Part shown: piece by piece, positions 47,801-63,202 of the stretch
Position numbering within the stretch: position 1 is the first letter of the stretch
Layout: the number at the start of each line of letters is the position of its first letter
NCBI RefSeq assembly: GCF_009914755.1
Contig: NC_060930.1
Length of the DNA: 64,000 nucleotides
Direction: 5' to 3' (one strand)
Source: the human T2T-CHM13v2.0 reference genome, Homo sapiens
Notes under the pieces: model-generated
Seen by the model: the letters and a program-made list of their open reading frames with translations, nothing else
Database searches by the model: none
Told to the model about the DNA's origin: nothing
Translations under genes and position numbers: made by a program

Positions 47801-50800
47801 TTTAAAAAAATTAACTTTTCATTTCATTGATTATTTGCATTTTTTTGTTTTAATTTTATTTAATTCTGCTCTGATATTGGTTATTTATTTTCTTCTACTA
47901 ATTTCAAATTTGGTTTTCTCTTGCTTTTCTAGTTCTTTAAGATGTACTGTTAGGTTATTTATTTAGTTTTTCTTCTTTTTTGATGTAGGCCCTTATAGCT
48001 ATAAACCCCTCCCTCAGTAATGTTTAGCTGTATCCCATAAGTTTTGGTATGTTGTGTTTCCATTGTGATTTATTTCAATAAATTTTTCTATTTCTTTCTT
48101 AATTCCTTCATTGACTGACTCGTTTTCAGGAGCATATTGTTTAATTACCATTTTTTTATGTTGTTTCCAAAATTTATCTTATTAATTTGTAGTTTTATTC
48201 CATTGTGGACAGAGAAGATGCTTGATATTATTTCCGTTTTTTGGAAATTTTCATGACTTGTTTTGTGACCTAATGTATGTTCTGTCCTTGAGAGTGATTT
48301 ATATATATAAATTATATATGGATATACATATATAAAAATTATATGTGGATATATATTTATATATACATTATATAGGCATATATATATAAATACATGTGCA
48401 TCATGTATTTACATTTGCTATATCCTATTGCTATATTGACTCCTTTATCATTATATAATGACATTCTTTGTCTCTTTGTGTACTTTTCATCTTGAAATCC
48501 ATTTTGTCTGCTATACATACAGCTACTCCTGCTCTTTTTTTGGTTTCCATTGGCATGGATTATCTTTTTGCATCTCTTCATTTTCAGTCTATATGTGTAT
48601 TTATAGGTGAAGTATGTTTGTTGTAGGCAACAGATCATTAGGTATTTTTAATCCATTCAGCCATTCTGAGTCTTTTGATTGAAGAGTTTGGTCCATTTAC
48701 ATTGAAGGCAATTATTGATAAGTAAGGACTTACTGTGAGCATTTCGTTATTTGCTCTCTGGATGTTTTGTGGTCTTCTTTTCCTTCTTTTATTTTTTTTC
48801 TATCTTCCTTTTAGTGAAGGTGATTTTCTCTGGTGGTATGTTTTAATTCCTTGCTTTTTATTTTTTGTCTATCCATTGTATGTTTTTAGGTTTGAGATTA
48901 CCATAAGATTTGCAAATAAAATCTTTTAATCTATTATTTCAAACTGATGACTAGTTTACACTGATTTCATAAACAAACAAACAACTAACTGGCAAAAAGA
49001 AACCAAAAATATAACTTTGTCTGCCTGCTTTTTAACTCTTCATTGTGTCTATATCTTATTTTACTATCATGTCTTGAAACGTTGTAGTTATTATTTTTGA
49101 TCATTTAGTCTTTTCATCTTTCTACTTATGAGGAGTTTACACACCACAATTACAGTGTTATAATAATATTCCATGTTTTTCTGTGTACTTCCTATTACCA
49201 GTGAGTTTTGTACCTTCACATAATTTCTTATTGTTTATTAACATCCTTTTCCTTCAGATTGGAGAACTTCCTTTAGCATTTCTTGTCAGACAAGTCTGGT
49301 GTTGATAAAATCCCTCAGATTTTGTTTGTCTGGGAAAGTCTTTATTTCTCCTTCATCTTTGAAGGATTTTTCTTTTTTTCTTTCTTTTTTTAAACCAGAT
49401 ATACTATTCTATACTAAAAGTTTTTTTTTTTAATTCAATACTTTAAATATGTCATGCCACTCTCTCCTAGCCTGTACGGTTTGCACTGAAATGTCTGCTG
49501 CCGGACGTATTGGAACTCCATTGTATGTTATTTGCTTCTTTCTCTTGCTGCTTTTATCCTTTGGGAGTTTGATTATTAAATGCTTGAGGTAATCTTCTTT
49601 GGGTTAAATCATTTTGGTGTTCTATAACCTTCTTGTATTGGGATACTGATATCTTTCTCTAGGTTTGGGAAGTTCTCTGTTATTATCCCTTTGAATAAAC
49701 TTTCTACTCCCCCTTCCACTCTTTAAGGGAAATAACTCTTATATTTGCCCTTTTGAGGCTATTTTCTAGATTCTGTATGCATGCTTCATTGTTTTTTGTT
49801 CTTTTGTCTCTTGTCTATTCTAATCGTGTATTTTTGAATAACCTGTCTTTAAGTTCACTAATTTTTTTTCTTCTGCTTTGTGAATTCTGCTATTAAGAGA
49901 CTTTGATACGTTCTTCAGTATGCCAGTTGCATTTTTCAGTTCCAGAATTTCTGCTTGAGTCTTTTTAATATTTCAAACTTTTTGTTAAATTTATCTCATA
50001 GAACTCAGAATTCCTTCTCTTTGTTATCTTAAATTTCTTTGAGTTTCCTCAACACAAGTATTTTGAATTCTGTGTCTGAAAGATCACATATCTTTGTCTC
50101 TCCAGGATTGGTCTTTGGTGCCTTATTTAGTTTCTTTGATGAGGTAATGTTTTCTTGGATGGTTCTGAGGCTTGCAGATTTTTTTTATATCTGTACACTG
50201 AAGAGTTAGGTGTTTATTGTAGTCTTCACAATTTGGTCTTGTCTCTACTTGTCTTTCTTGGGAAGACTTTCCAGGTATTCAAAGGGACTTGGGTGTTGTG
50301 ATCTATGCTGTATCTGCATCAGGAGGTACCCCTAGCCCAGTAACACTGTGGTTCTTGCAGACTCATAGAGGTATCACCTTGGTGGCCTTGGATAAGATCT
50401 GGAAGAATTCTCTGGCTTATCCGGCAAAGACTCTTGTTTTCTTCCCTTACTTTCTCCCAAACAAATGGAGTGTCTCCCTCTCTGCTGGGCCACATAGAGC
50501 TGGGGGTGAGGTAACATAAGCCCCCTGTGGCCACCACCACTGGGACTGTGATAGGTCAGACCTGAAACCAGCACAGCACTGAATCTCACCCAAGGCCCAG
50601 TGTAACCACTAACTGGCTACTGCTTTTGCTCACTCAAGAATCTAGGGCTCTACAATCAGGAGGTGGTGAAACTAGTTAGATTTGTGTCCTTCCTTTCAGG
50701 GCAGTGAGCTCCCCCAGGCCCTGAGTGTGTCCAGAGATGCTGTCAGGAGCCAGGGACTAGAGGCAGAAACCTTAGAAATCTATATGGTGTTCTAAGCTAC

Positions 50801-52243
50801 CATGACTAAGCTGATACTCAAGCCACAAGACAGAATCCTTCCCACTCTTCCCATCCCCCTGCCACCCTGCTTTCCACAGGCAGATGAGCCACTCTCCACC
50901 ACCACCACCTCCTCAGGCCCACAGGGAGCACTGCCTGGCTACTGCCAATGTTTACTCGAGGCTTAAGTACTCTTCAGTCAACTTGTGTTGAATGCTGCTA
51001 GTCCTGAAACTCGCCCTTCAAGGTTGAGAGCTTCCCTCTGTCCCAGAGAAGGTTCAGAAATGTCATCCAAGAGCCAAGGCCTGGAATCAAGGACTCCAAG
51101 AGCTTGCTTGGTCCTCTATCACACTGTGATCAAGGTGGTACCTATGGTGCAAGACTAAGTCATCTTTACCTTTCTCTCTGCTTTTCTCAAGCAGAAGGAG
51201 TCTCTCACCATATCCAGCATAGTTGGGAATGTGCTGGATCTCCCCTGAAGCCAGCACATCTGAGAGTTCCACCCAAGACCAAAGACATAGTTCCTGGGTG
51301 TTACTGCTGGTTATTCAAAGCCCAAGGGCTCTTCAGTTAGCAGATGATGAGTGCTTCCAGGACTGGGTTCTTCTCTTCAAGGCAACAGGTTTCCTTCTGG
51401 CCCAGGGTATGTCTAGAAATGTTGTTTTGGATCTAGGGCCTATAATGGGGTCCTCATGAGTCTGTCTGGTCCCCTATTATATTGTGGTTGAACTAGTGTC
51501 TAAGATGCAAGACAAAGTTCTTTTTACTCTTTCCTGTTCTCTCCTCAAGCAGAAAGAGGGAGTCACTTTTGTTTCTGCAAGATGCACTACATGGGGTTGG
51601 GGTATGGGTGGTGCAAGTACTTCCTTAGTTACCTTATCTGGTGTCTCATTTGGTGTCTCCAAGTCCACTTGACTCCAAGCCCAGCACAGCACTAGGACTT
51701 GCCCAGACATTGCAGTCCTTGTGGCCTAGACTGCCTTTCAATTTTATTTAGGACTCTAGAGTACTTTAGCCCATGGTGGCAAGGCTTGCTGAAACTCAAG
51801 TTTCAACCCCTAGGATGGACAATTCTCCTCTCCCTAGGGCTAGTCTAAATGTTCCCTCTGTGGGCAGGCATTGGCTGAGTTTAGCCTGATTTTGCTTTCT
51901 GCTGTGATAGGGAAGCACTGAATTCAATGCACTGGCTCACAGGACTCTGTGTTCTTCCTCCTCTAAGCACTCAGATTCTCTTTCCACACCATGTGGCTGG
52001 TGCCAGGGAATCAGGGAGAGTGGGTTCGGTGATTCAAGACTGTCTTTCCTACCCTCTTCAGTGCGTCTTTCAGTAATATAAAATTATTACAAAACCAGAT
52101 ATTATGATTGCTCATCTCGTTTTTGATTCTTATGAAGGTGATTTTTTTTGTGTGTGTGTATAGATGGTTATCAAATTTAGCATTCCTGTGGGAGATAATG
52201 GACAATCAGTGGAGGCCTCTATTCAGCCACCTTACTCTGCCCC
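44890..52243 (-). mobile_element. Near full-length L1MA (~7.3 kb) with long 5' UTR and several internal deletions
   Basis: L1MA 3' end (ttttgtgggtacatagcaggtgtatatatttatgg); ORF2 fragments ([36 protein letters not shown]); GC-rich 5' UTR ~50300-52243 ending ctattcagccaccttactctgccc; degenerate TSD gttcttt. Confidence 0.92.
48297..48395. repeat. AT-rich (TA)n low-complexity tract within L1
   Basis: atatatataaattatatatggatatacatatataaaa... Confidence 0.9.
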
Positions 52244-52249
52244 TAGATT

Positions 52250-52940
52250 GTTCTTTACAAATACACACATGCTTATATCATTCTGATGTTTAAAACCCTT
52301 TAAAGTTCCCCATTGTTGGTGACCTGTTCCCTCTTACATTATCAAACTTATCTCATTACTTTCACTCTAACTCTAAACTTTAGCTACATTGTCCTTGTTT
52401 CAATTCCTCAACCTTGCCATGCTTTCTGTTGACTCAGAGCCTTTTCACATCCTATTCCATTTACCTGTGCTGCTCTTAACCCTCTTTTTTCTTTGTAGAT
52501 AAAAGATGTATACCTTCTGTGGAGCTGATTTCATATATTACTTTTTAAAGGCCTTTTTTATTGACTCATCAAACTAGATTTGGTTCATTATATGCCTGCT
52601 TGTCTCCTACACCTTGTGTGTGTGTCTGTGCATTCCAGTTTTTCTCAGACAGTCCTGGTTTACTCCTATTGTGCAGACATAACTACCAATAGCACCTCTT
52701 TTTGATCTTAAAAATGTTGAGGTTTGGATTGCAAATTATGGTTTCCCTACTTGTATATAACCTTTACTGTGCATACACAATTGCAGTTAAACACTTACTT
52801 GTATAATTAAATTGTCTATCCCATTTAAATTTAGGCTTCATAGGAAAGACCTGTGTCTGTTTTGTTTGCTGAAGCATCTTGATCCTTAGCATCATGCCTA
52901 GTGCTTTGTAGGTGCCAAATAAATATGTGTTGAAACACTA
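52250..52940 (+). mobile_element. L2 3' part (with probable MER94-like insert at ~52630-52750)
   Basis: ctcagagccttttcacat...ccttagcatcatgcctagtgctttgtaggtgccaaataaatatgtgttgaa. Confidence 0.7.
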
Positions 52941-52971
52941 TAAATAAATAAAATATGCCCTGAATTAAATA

Positions 52972-53909
52972 CAGTCCTCCCTTGGTATCCATGAGGAGTT
53001 AGTTCCAGGACCGACCTCCCAACATACACCAAAATATAAGGATGCACAAGTTCCTTATATAAGATGGCATAGTATTTGCATGTAACCTATACACATCCTC
53101 TGATATACCTTAAATCATCTCCTATAAAATTACTTATACTATCTAATACAATGTAAATTCTATGGGAATAGTTATACTGTGTTGGTTTTCAGTTCTATTA
53201 CTTTTATTTAAATTATTTTATTTTGTAAGTGTATTTTTTATTTCAACTTTCCTTTTAGGTTCAGGGGATACATGTGGAGATTTGTTACATGGGTATATTA
53301 TGTGACACTGACGTTTGGGGTAGGAATAATCCCATAACCCAGATATTAAGCATAGTACCCAATATATAGTTTATCAACCCTTGCCCTCCTTTTCCTCTAA
53401 CATCTAGTATCCCCCAATGTCTATTGTCCCCATCTTTATGTCCATGTGTAGTCAGTGGTTAGCTCCCACTTATAAGTGACAACATGCAGTATTTGATTCC
53501 GTTCCTGTGTTAATTTTCTTAGGATAATGGCCTCCAGCTGCATTCATGTTCCAAAGAACATGATTTCATTTATTTTTATGACTGTGTAGTATTCCATTGT
53601 GTATTTGTACCATATTTTCTTTATCCAGTTAACTGCTGTTGGGCGTCTAGGTTGATTCCATGTCTTTGCTATTGTAAATAATGCTGTGTTGAAGATATGA
53701 GTGCATATGTCTTTTTGGAAGAACAATTTATTTTCCTTTGGTTATATACCTAGTAATGGGATTGCTGGGTCAAATGGTAGTTCTAAGTTCTTTGAGAAAT
53801 CTTCAAACTGCTTTCCATAGTGGCTGAGCTAATTTACATTCCCATCAACAGGGTATATTATTTTGGTTGAATTCATGGATGGGGACCAGGGGATATGGAG
53901 GGCCGGCTA
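52972..53909. mobile_element. MER2 (Tigger-family MITE) split by an L1PA 3' fragment
   Basis: TA|cagtcctcccttggtatccatg...atggcatagtatttgcatgtaacctatacacatcctc ... ggatatggagggccggcta|TA. Confidence 0.85.
53228..53856 (-). mobile_element. L1PA (old) 3' fragment
   Basis: caacttt...ggttcaggggatacatgtggagatttgttacatgggta...tggcctccagctgcattcatg. Confidence 0.88.
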
Positions 53910-54071
53910 TATCAAATGACAAATGAGAAGCAGCAGTTGAAGGAGACTATACTGGCACAAGGGCAGAGTGGATGGTACATAGTATTTCACCAGGTATTGA
54001 CAGAATAATTACAAGTTTTAACTTTGGCTTTAAATAGAAAATCTATTTTACGAAGTTGATCTTTGTGCTTA

Positions 54072-54183
54072 TTATTGCCATTTTACATCTGTTTTTCTTT
54101 TTTATTACCTTAAATATACACAATTTTTTATTGCCATTTTACATCTGTTTTTCTTTTTTATTACCTTAAATATACACAATTTT
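54072..54183. repeat. Perfect tandem duplication, 2 x 56 bp
   Basis: ttattgccattttacatctgtttttcttttttattaccttaaatatacacaatttt occurs twice with no mismatch. Confidence 0.95.
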
Positions 54184-54249
54184 TATTTGTCAATTATATC
54201 TTAATAAACCTTTTACAAACTATTACAATGGTGCTTTTATGAGTTTCTC

Positions 54250-56740
54250 TTTTGATTTTTTAATGCTGAGTATACAATAGAGATTTAATTTATGTAAAGT
54301 TCTTAAATATCAGTGGACAGCTCAATGAATTTTGACCTATGTAATTATCAACCTGATCATGGTTAGAATATTTCAGTCATCTCTAAAGTTTCTTGGTGCC
54401 CTTTCTAGTAAATATCCCTTTACTCTTTTCTGATTTTTATTACCATAGGTTAATTTTGCCTATTCTTAAAATTTATAAAAACAGAATCCTAAAGTATTAC
54501 TATTTTATCTAGTTTGTTTAGCCACCAAATAATGTTTTTGTATTTAATTCATGTGGTGGTGTGTTCTTTTCCATTTTAATGCTGATGGACATTTGGGTTG
54601 CTTCCATTTTGGAGTTCTTAAAAATAAAACTGTTATGAACATTCTTGAACGAGTTATTTTGGAAGATACATATATTCCTTTCTTTTGGCAATATATTTAG
54701 GAAGGCAAATGCTTGCTTATACATTTATATTAGAGTGAGTAACAGTTTTTCAAAGCAGTTGTATTATTTTACACCCCACAGAAATGTATGAGAATACCAA
54801 TTACTCCACATCTGCAACAGCAGTCTTCTCAGTTTTAATCATTCTGTTATCTCATAGTGGCTTCAATTTACATTTTCCTGATAGATAATGATGTTGAGCA
54901 CCTTTTCTTATTATTGGTTATTCATATATCTTCTTTTGCGAGTTCTCTATTCAAGTTATCTGCCCATTTTAAAATTTATACTGTCTTTGCAAAATTTTAC
55001 TTGTGGGATTTATTTTACACCTGGGATATCAGTCCTTTATCATATATACATCTGTGTTTCTTGTTGTTGTTGTTAACTCAGTGAAGTGACATCACATTTT
55101 TGGTATTTATCCTGTATGTTGTTCTCTTAGCTACCTGAATCTGTATGTTGGTGTCTACAATTAAATTTAAAAATTTATCAGACATTATCTCTTCAAATAT
55201 TCTTCTTGTTTTATTTTGTTTCTTCTGGAGTTCTGATTATATATTTATTAAACTATTTGTTATTGTTACACAAATCTTGGATGTTTTGTTGTTGTTTTAT
55301 GTACTTTTTTCCTCTTTATATTTTCACTTTAAGTAATTTCTGTTGACCTATATATGAGTTTACTGATTCATTCCTCACCTATGTCACATCTACTGATGAG
55401 CCCACTGAAGGCACTCTTAATCTCTCTTATTACATTTCACATTTCTAGCATTTTCAATAGATTATTTCTAATAGTTTTTAATTCTCTAATTCAGAAATTC
55501 TTGGTGTGAATATCTGATATTGTCCAACTTTTTCTCTAAAATCTTTAGCATATTATTTTTAGTTATTTTAAATTCTCTGTCTTGTAGTTTGAAACGTCTG
55601 GGTTACATCCAAGTCTGGTTTTGTTGATTGCTTCATCTCTTTACATCATGTTTTCCTCTTACTTTTTTTGTCCCCCAATTTTTGTCTGATAGCCAGAATC
55701 TTGTGTAAGAATAACTGAAATAAAGTTATCTATGCTTGAATATTGGGGTAGGAAAAGGGTGTTGAATCAGTTTAGCCAGCAATTGAGCTTGGTTTAGGTT
55801 TTGTTATTAATGTAGTCCAGATTCCTCTAGTATTATTTTTAGAGTACAGGCTGGTTTGCCAGAGGGTTTTTCAATATCTGGGCCACCTCAACTTTAGGTT
55901 TTTCCTTTGTACTTGGGCTTCGGAGAGGGTGTCTCTCTAGCCTCCTCATGCTTCTACTTGCTACTTTATGCTTGCTAGCCTAGTGAAGTGGGTGTGGTTG
56001 GTGGATGGGATTGTCCTGTTTTTCTGTTTTAGCCTCAGTCTTAGGTAGGGGCTATGATACTGAGTCTTAGGAGTGAATCCTAAGTGATTCTTCCCCTTCC
56101 CTCATCTTTGGGGATTTCTAATGGTATTTCCCACAGGAGCAGAGGAATTTTTTTTTCACTTGCCTTGCTCTATTGGATTTTTTAAACCTGTGCCTTGAGG
56201 GTTGTTGCCCTTCTCTCAGTGGCTTAAGGCTTTTGTTCCATATGTGAGATAAAGGAGATGGATTTGGGGTTGGGCATTTGGGTTTTTCCTGTAGCAGATG
56301 CTGAATCCGTCACCAAGCCCTGTACCACAAAGGAAATCTTCTCTTTATCCCTCACTATGTCCTGTTTTTCTGGTGAAAACCTAGTAAGTTCTGTGGAGAA
56401 AAGCCTGAGAGTTGGAGTGGATTCCTCTTATGTCTGTGGCTCCCAGGTGTTCTATACTCTCAGCTGGTCCCCACTTTACTCTTAGCAATTCATTAAAAAA
56501 TTTATCTTAATTATTCTTAGCATTTTATATGCATCCCATGTTAACCCTCAGTAAGCAAGTGCTCTCGTCACAGCCTCTCATTGGCAGCACCTATTTTCTT
56601 TTCAGGTTAGTTGATTGCCCTGGAACCTGGACTCCATGATGGGTTTAAGTTAGTTTGAGATTTTTACAGATATCTCAGTTTTTTAATGTTGTTTTGATAT
56701 TGTAAGTTTTGCACTTCCTATGCAGAAGCCAAAATCTGAC
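54250..56740 (-). mobile_element. Old L1M fragments (3' UTR/ORF2 end at 54250-55060; ORF1/5' region at 55090-56740)
   Basis: gatggacatttgggttgcttccattttgg; ataatgatgttgagcacctttt; cattatctcttcaaatatt; tctactgatgagcccactgaaggca. Confidence 0.65.
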
Positions 56741-56797
56741 ACGTATTTTTAACAGGAAAATTGAGCAATTATTCCAGCAAATATTCCCATCCAGATT

Positions 56798-56948
56798 ACC
56801 CTCCCTTCCCTTTATTTTCTTTGTTCTTTCCTTTCATTCCCCTTTTATTTCCTCTTTTTCTCTCCCCTTCCTCCATTCCTCTCCCTTCTCTCTCCTCCCT
56901 TCCTTCCCCTCTCCATCTTTCTTCTCCTGCCTTCCTTTCTTCCTTCCA
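56798..56948. repeat. CT-rich polypyrimidine low-complexity tract (derived from an L1 tail)
   Basis: ~150 nt almost exclusively C/T, directly abutting an L1 3' end. Confidence 0.9.
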
Positions 56949-56949
56949 T

Positions 56950-57405
56950 CACAGATTTATTGAGATGTAATTCACATAACATCCAATTTTCACATTATTG
57001 TACAATAATCACTACTATCAATTTTAGAATATCTTAATCACAGCAAAATAAACCCCTTACCCATTAGCAGTCATTCTCTATTTTCTCCCACCCACCCACC
57101 CACTTGTCTACAGCCATAGGCAACCACCAATCTAGTTTCTTTTTCTATGGATTTGCCTATCCTAGACATTTTATATAAATTGAATCATTCAATGTGTAGT
57201 CCTTTGTGACTGCTTTATTTAGCATATGTTGGCAAGGTTCATGCATAATGTAGGATATATCAACACTTCATTCTTTTTAATACTGAATAATATTCTATTG
57301 TATGGATATACCACATTTTATTTATCATTTGTCAGTTGATGAACGTTTGAGTTGTTTCCTCTTTTTGACTATTATTAATAATGCTGCTATGAATATTCAT
57401 GTACA
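56950..57405 (-). mobile_element. L1MB 3' end
   Basis: tttattgagatgtaattcacata...cccattagcagtcattc...atggatttgcctatcctagacattttatataaat. Confidence 0.8.
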
Positions 57406-57408
57406 AAG

Positions 57409-58968
57409 CAGGCTCACATTATTTTATTGTGCTTCACTTTATTGTGTATCACAGATATTGCATTTTTTTAAATTGAAGGTTTGTGGCAACCCTGTGTGGA
57501 GCAAGTCTATCAATGCCATTTTTTCAAGAGCAGGTGCTTATTTCAATTCTCTGTGTCACATTTTGATAATTCTTGCAGTATTTCATACACAATATTATTA
57601 TGTCTTTTATGGTGATCTGTAATCAGAAATATTTGATGTTATAATTGTTTTGGGACACCACAAATTATGCCCATACAAGATGACAAATTTAATAAATACG
57701 TTTTGACTGCTACATCAATCAACTAAGTGTTTCCCTATTTCTTTCTCTCTCCTTGGACCTCCTTATTCCCTGAGACATAACAATATTGAAATTAGGCCAA
57801 TTAATAACTTTTCAGTGGGCTGTAAGTATTTAAGGAAAGGAGAAGTTGCATATCTCTCACTTTAAATCAAAAGCTAGAAATGATTAAGCTTTAGTGAGGA
57901 AGCCATGTTGAAAGCTGAGATAAGCTGAAAGCTAGGCCTCTTGCACTAAATAGCCAAATTGTGAATGCAAAGGAAAAGTTCTTAAAGGAAATTAAAAAGT
58001 GCAAGGAAGCAAAACAGCCATATTGCTGATATGCAGAAAATTTTAGTGGTCTGAATAGATCAAAGCAGCCACAACATTCTCTTAAGCTAAAGCCCAATCC
58101 AGAGCAAGGCCATAACTCTCTTCAATTCAGTGAAGACAGAGAGGTAAAGAAGCTGTAGAGGAAAAGTTTGAAGACTAGCATAGGTTGATTCATGAGGTTT
58201 AAGGAAATAAGACATCTCTGTAACATAAAAGTACAAGATGAAACAGTAAGTGCTGATATAGAAGCTAAAGTACAAGATGAAACAGTAAGTGCTGATATAG
58301 AAGCTAAAATACAAGATGAAACAGTAAGTGCTGACATAGAAGCTAAAGCAAATTATCCTGAAAATCTAGCCAAGATAAGTGATGAAGTTTGTTACACTAA
58401 ACAACACATTTTCAATGTAGATGAAATAGATTCACATTGGAAGAAGATGCCATCTGGGACTTTCATAGCTAGAGAGGAGAAGATAATGCCTGACTTTAAG
58501 GACAGACTGACTCTTCTGTTGAGGCTAATACAGCTGGTGATTTTAAATTGAATCCAAGCCTCATTTACAGTTCCAAAAATCCTAGGGCCCTTAAGAATTA
58601 TGCTACATCTACTCTGTCTGTGCTCTCATAAATGGAATAACAAAGCCTGGATGATGACACATCTGTTGACAGCATGGTTTACTGAATATTTTAAGCCCAC
58701 TGTTGAGACCTACTGCACAGAAAAGATTCCTTTCAAAATCTTATTGCTCACTGACAATTTACCTGGTCATCCAAGAGCTCTGATAGAGATATAAAAGATT
58801 AATGTTGTTTACATATCTGCTAACACAATATCCATTCTGCAGCCCATGGATCAAGGAGTAATTTTGGCTGTCATAGGTTCTTATTTAAGACAAACATTGC
58901 ATAAGGCTAGAGTTGACATAGTAATTCTTCTAATGGATCTGAGCAAACTAAATTGAAAATCTTCTGGG
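57409..58968 (+). mobile_element. Tigger1 DNA transposon, 5' ~1.5 kb with decayed pogo/CENP-B-family transposase
   Basis: Start matches Tigger1 (ttttattgtgcttcactttattgtg...aaattgaaggtttgtggcaaccctg); ORF fragments [28 protein letters not shown] and WNNKAWM...[13 protein letters not shown]. Confidence 0.92.
58228..58344. repeat. 3 x 39-bp in-frame tandem repeat in Tigger1 ORF
   Basis: aaagtacaagatgaaacagtaagtgctgatatagaagct x3, with 2 substitutions in the third copy. Confidence 0.95.
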
Positions 58969-61149
58969 AATAAATTTTCCATTTGTCTGTTAATGGACAC
59001 TTAGATCGATTCCATACCTGGCTACTGTGAACAGTGCTGCAGTAAACACGGGAGTGCAGATATCTCTTCAACATACTGATTTTCTTTCTTTTGGGTATAT
59101 AAACAGTAGTGAGAGTGCTCAAACATGTGATGGTTCTATTTGTAGTTTTTTGAGAAACCTCCATACTTTTTTCCTAATGGATGTAATAACTTACATTTCC
59201 ACCAACAGTGTATGAGTCCCAGAAGAGGACTGTATCCTCACCAAAAGTTTTAATTTTTTGTCCTTTTGATAATAGCCGTTATAACTGCAGTGAGATGATA
59301 TTGTGTTTGTGATTTGCATTTCCTTGATTAGTGATGTGAAGCATTTTTCATATACCTATTGGCCATTTGTATGTTTTCTTTGAGAGCTGTATATTCAGCT
59401 CATTGACCCATTTTTTAGTTAAAGTATTTGGGTTTTTTTTTTTTTTTGGGTTACTGAGTTGTATTTCTTGTTTGAATTTTAATCTTTTGTTGGATAAATA
59501 CTTTGCCAATATTTCCTCTTATTCTGCAGGTTGTCTTTTCACTCTATGGACTGTTTCCTTTGCTGTGCAGAAACTTCTTAGTTTGATGTAGTCTCATTTA
59601 TCTATATTTGCTTTTGTTGTCTGTGCTGATGGTGTTGAATAAGACATTAAATGTCCAATGTCCAATATAAGACCAATGTCCTGTTTTCGTCAGGTAGATT
59701 TATAGTTTTAGGTCTTACATTTAAGACTGTATTCAATTTTGGTTGAGTTTTGTATATTGTGAAAGATTGAAATCTAGTTTTTTCTTCTGCCTATAAATAT
59801 CCAGTTTTCCCAGCATCATTTTTTAAAAAGACTATCCTTTTCTCAATGTATTAATATGTTCTTGGCACCTTTCTCAAAATTAAGTTGGTTGTAGATACAT
59901 GGATTTATTTCTAGGTTCTGTTTTCTGTCTTATTGGCCTATGTTTCTGTTTTCATGCCAGTACCTTGCTGTTTTGGTTGCTATAGTTTTGTGGTATATTT
60001 TGAAGACAGTAGTGTGATGCCTCCAGCTTTGTTCTTTATCTCAGAATTGCTTTGGCTATTTGAGGCCTTTTATACTTCCATACAAATTTAAGGATTTTTT
60101 TTTCTATTTTCATGACAAGTGACATTGATATTTTGATAGAGATTGCATTAAATCTGTTGATTGCCTTTGGTAGTACAGTTATTAGAAAAAATTAATTTTT
60201 CTAATATGTGAACATTGGCTGTCTTTTCATTTATGTGTGTCTGCTTCAATTTCTTTAATTGGTTTTTTATAGTTTTCATTATAGAGAATGTTCATCTCCT
60301 TAATTGTCTGTTACTAAGTTATTTTTTAGCTGTTTAAAATGGAATGGTTTTTTAATTTCTTTTCCTCGTATTTCATTATTTGTGTATAGAAATGCTACTG
60401 ATTTTTATACATTGATTTTATATCTTGGAAGTTTATTGATTTTGCTTATCAATTCTAAGATTTTTTTGTGGGGGGGGTCTTTAGATTTTTCCATATATAA
60501 GATTATGCCATTTGCAATCAGGGACAATTTGACTTCCTATTTCTCTGGTTAGGACTTTCAGTATTATGTTGAATAAGAGTGGTGAAAGTGAGCATCCTTG
60601 TCTGGTTCTAGTTCCTAGAGGAAAAGCTTTTAACATTTTCTTATTCAGCATAACGTTAGCTGTGGATTTGTCATATACGTCCTTAATTGCATTGAAGTAC
60701 ATCCTTTCTATACATAACTTGTTGAGTGTTTTTATTATGATGGGATGTTTAATTTTCTCAAATGTTTTTTGTGTCTATTGAGAGGATTATATGGCTTTTT
60801 TTCTTCATTCTGTTGATATATCACATTTATTGTTTGTAAATGTTAAACATCCTTGCTCCCTGAGATAAATCCCACTTGATTATGGGTATAAATTTATTGA
60901 TATGTTGTTGGATTTCATTTACTAGTATTTTATTGAGATATTTTGGATCTATGTTCATCAAGGATATTGAACTGTATTTTTTTCTTTCATGCGTATCTGT
61001 GTTCTCTTTTTCTTTCTTTTTTTAAAATTTGGTTTTACTATCAGAGTAATGCTTGTGTCACAGAAAGAGACTGAAAAAATTTCCTCCACTTCAATTTTCA
61101 AAAATAGTTGGAAAAGAATTGGTGTTAGTTCTCTTTTAAAAGTTTGATA

Positions 61150-63202
<2,053 letters not shown>

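Noticed and set aside
58228-58344. Short repeats as a CRISPR-like array (also 5808-5893 and 34747-34962)
   Set aside because: Head-to-tail or irregular copies without unique spacers, in a eukaryotic context with no cas genes.
57409-58968. CENP-B-related transposase near centromere gene CENPW as a functional pairing
   Set aside because: Tigger1 is abundant genome-wide, and this copy is truncated and disrupted; proximity is coincidental.
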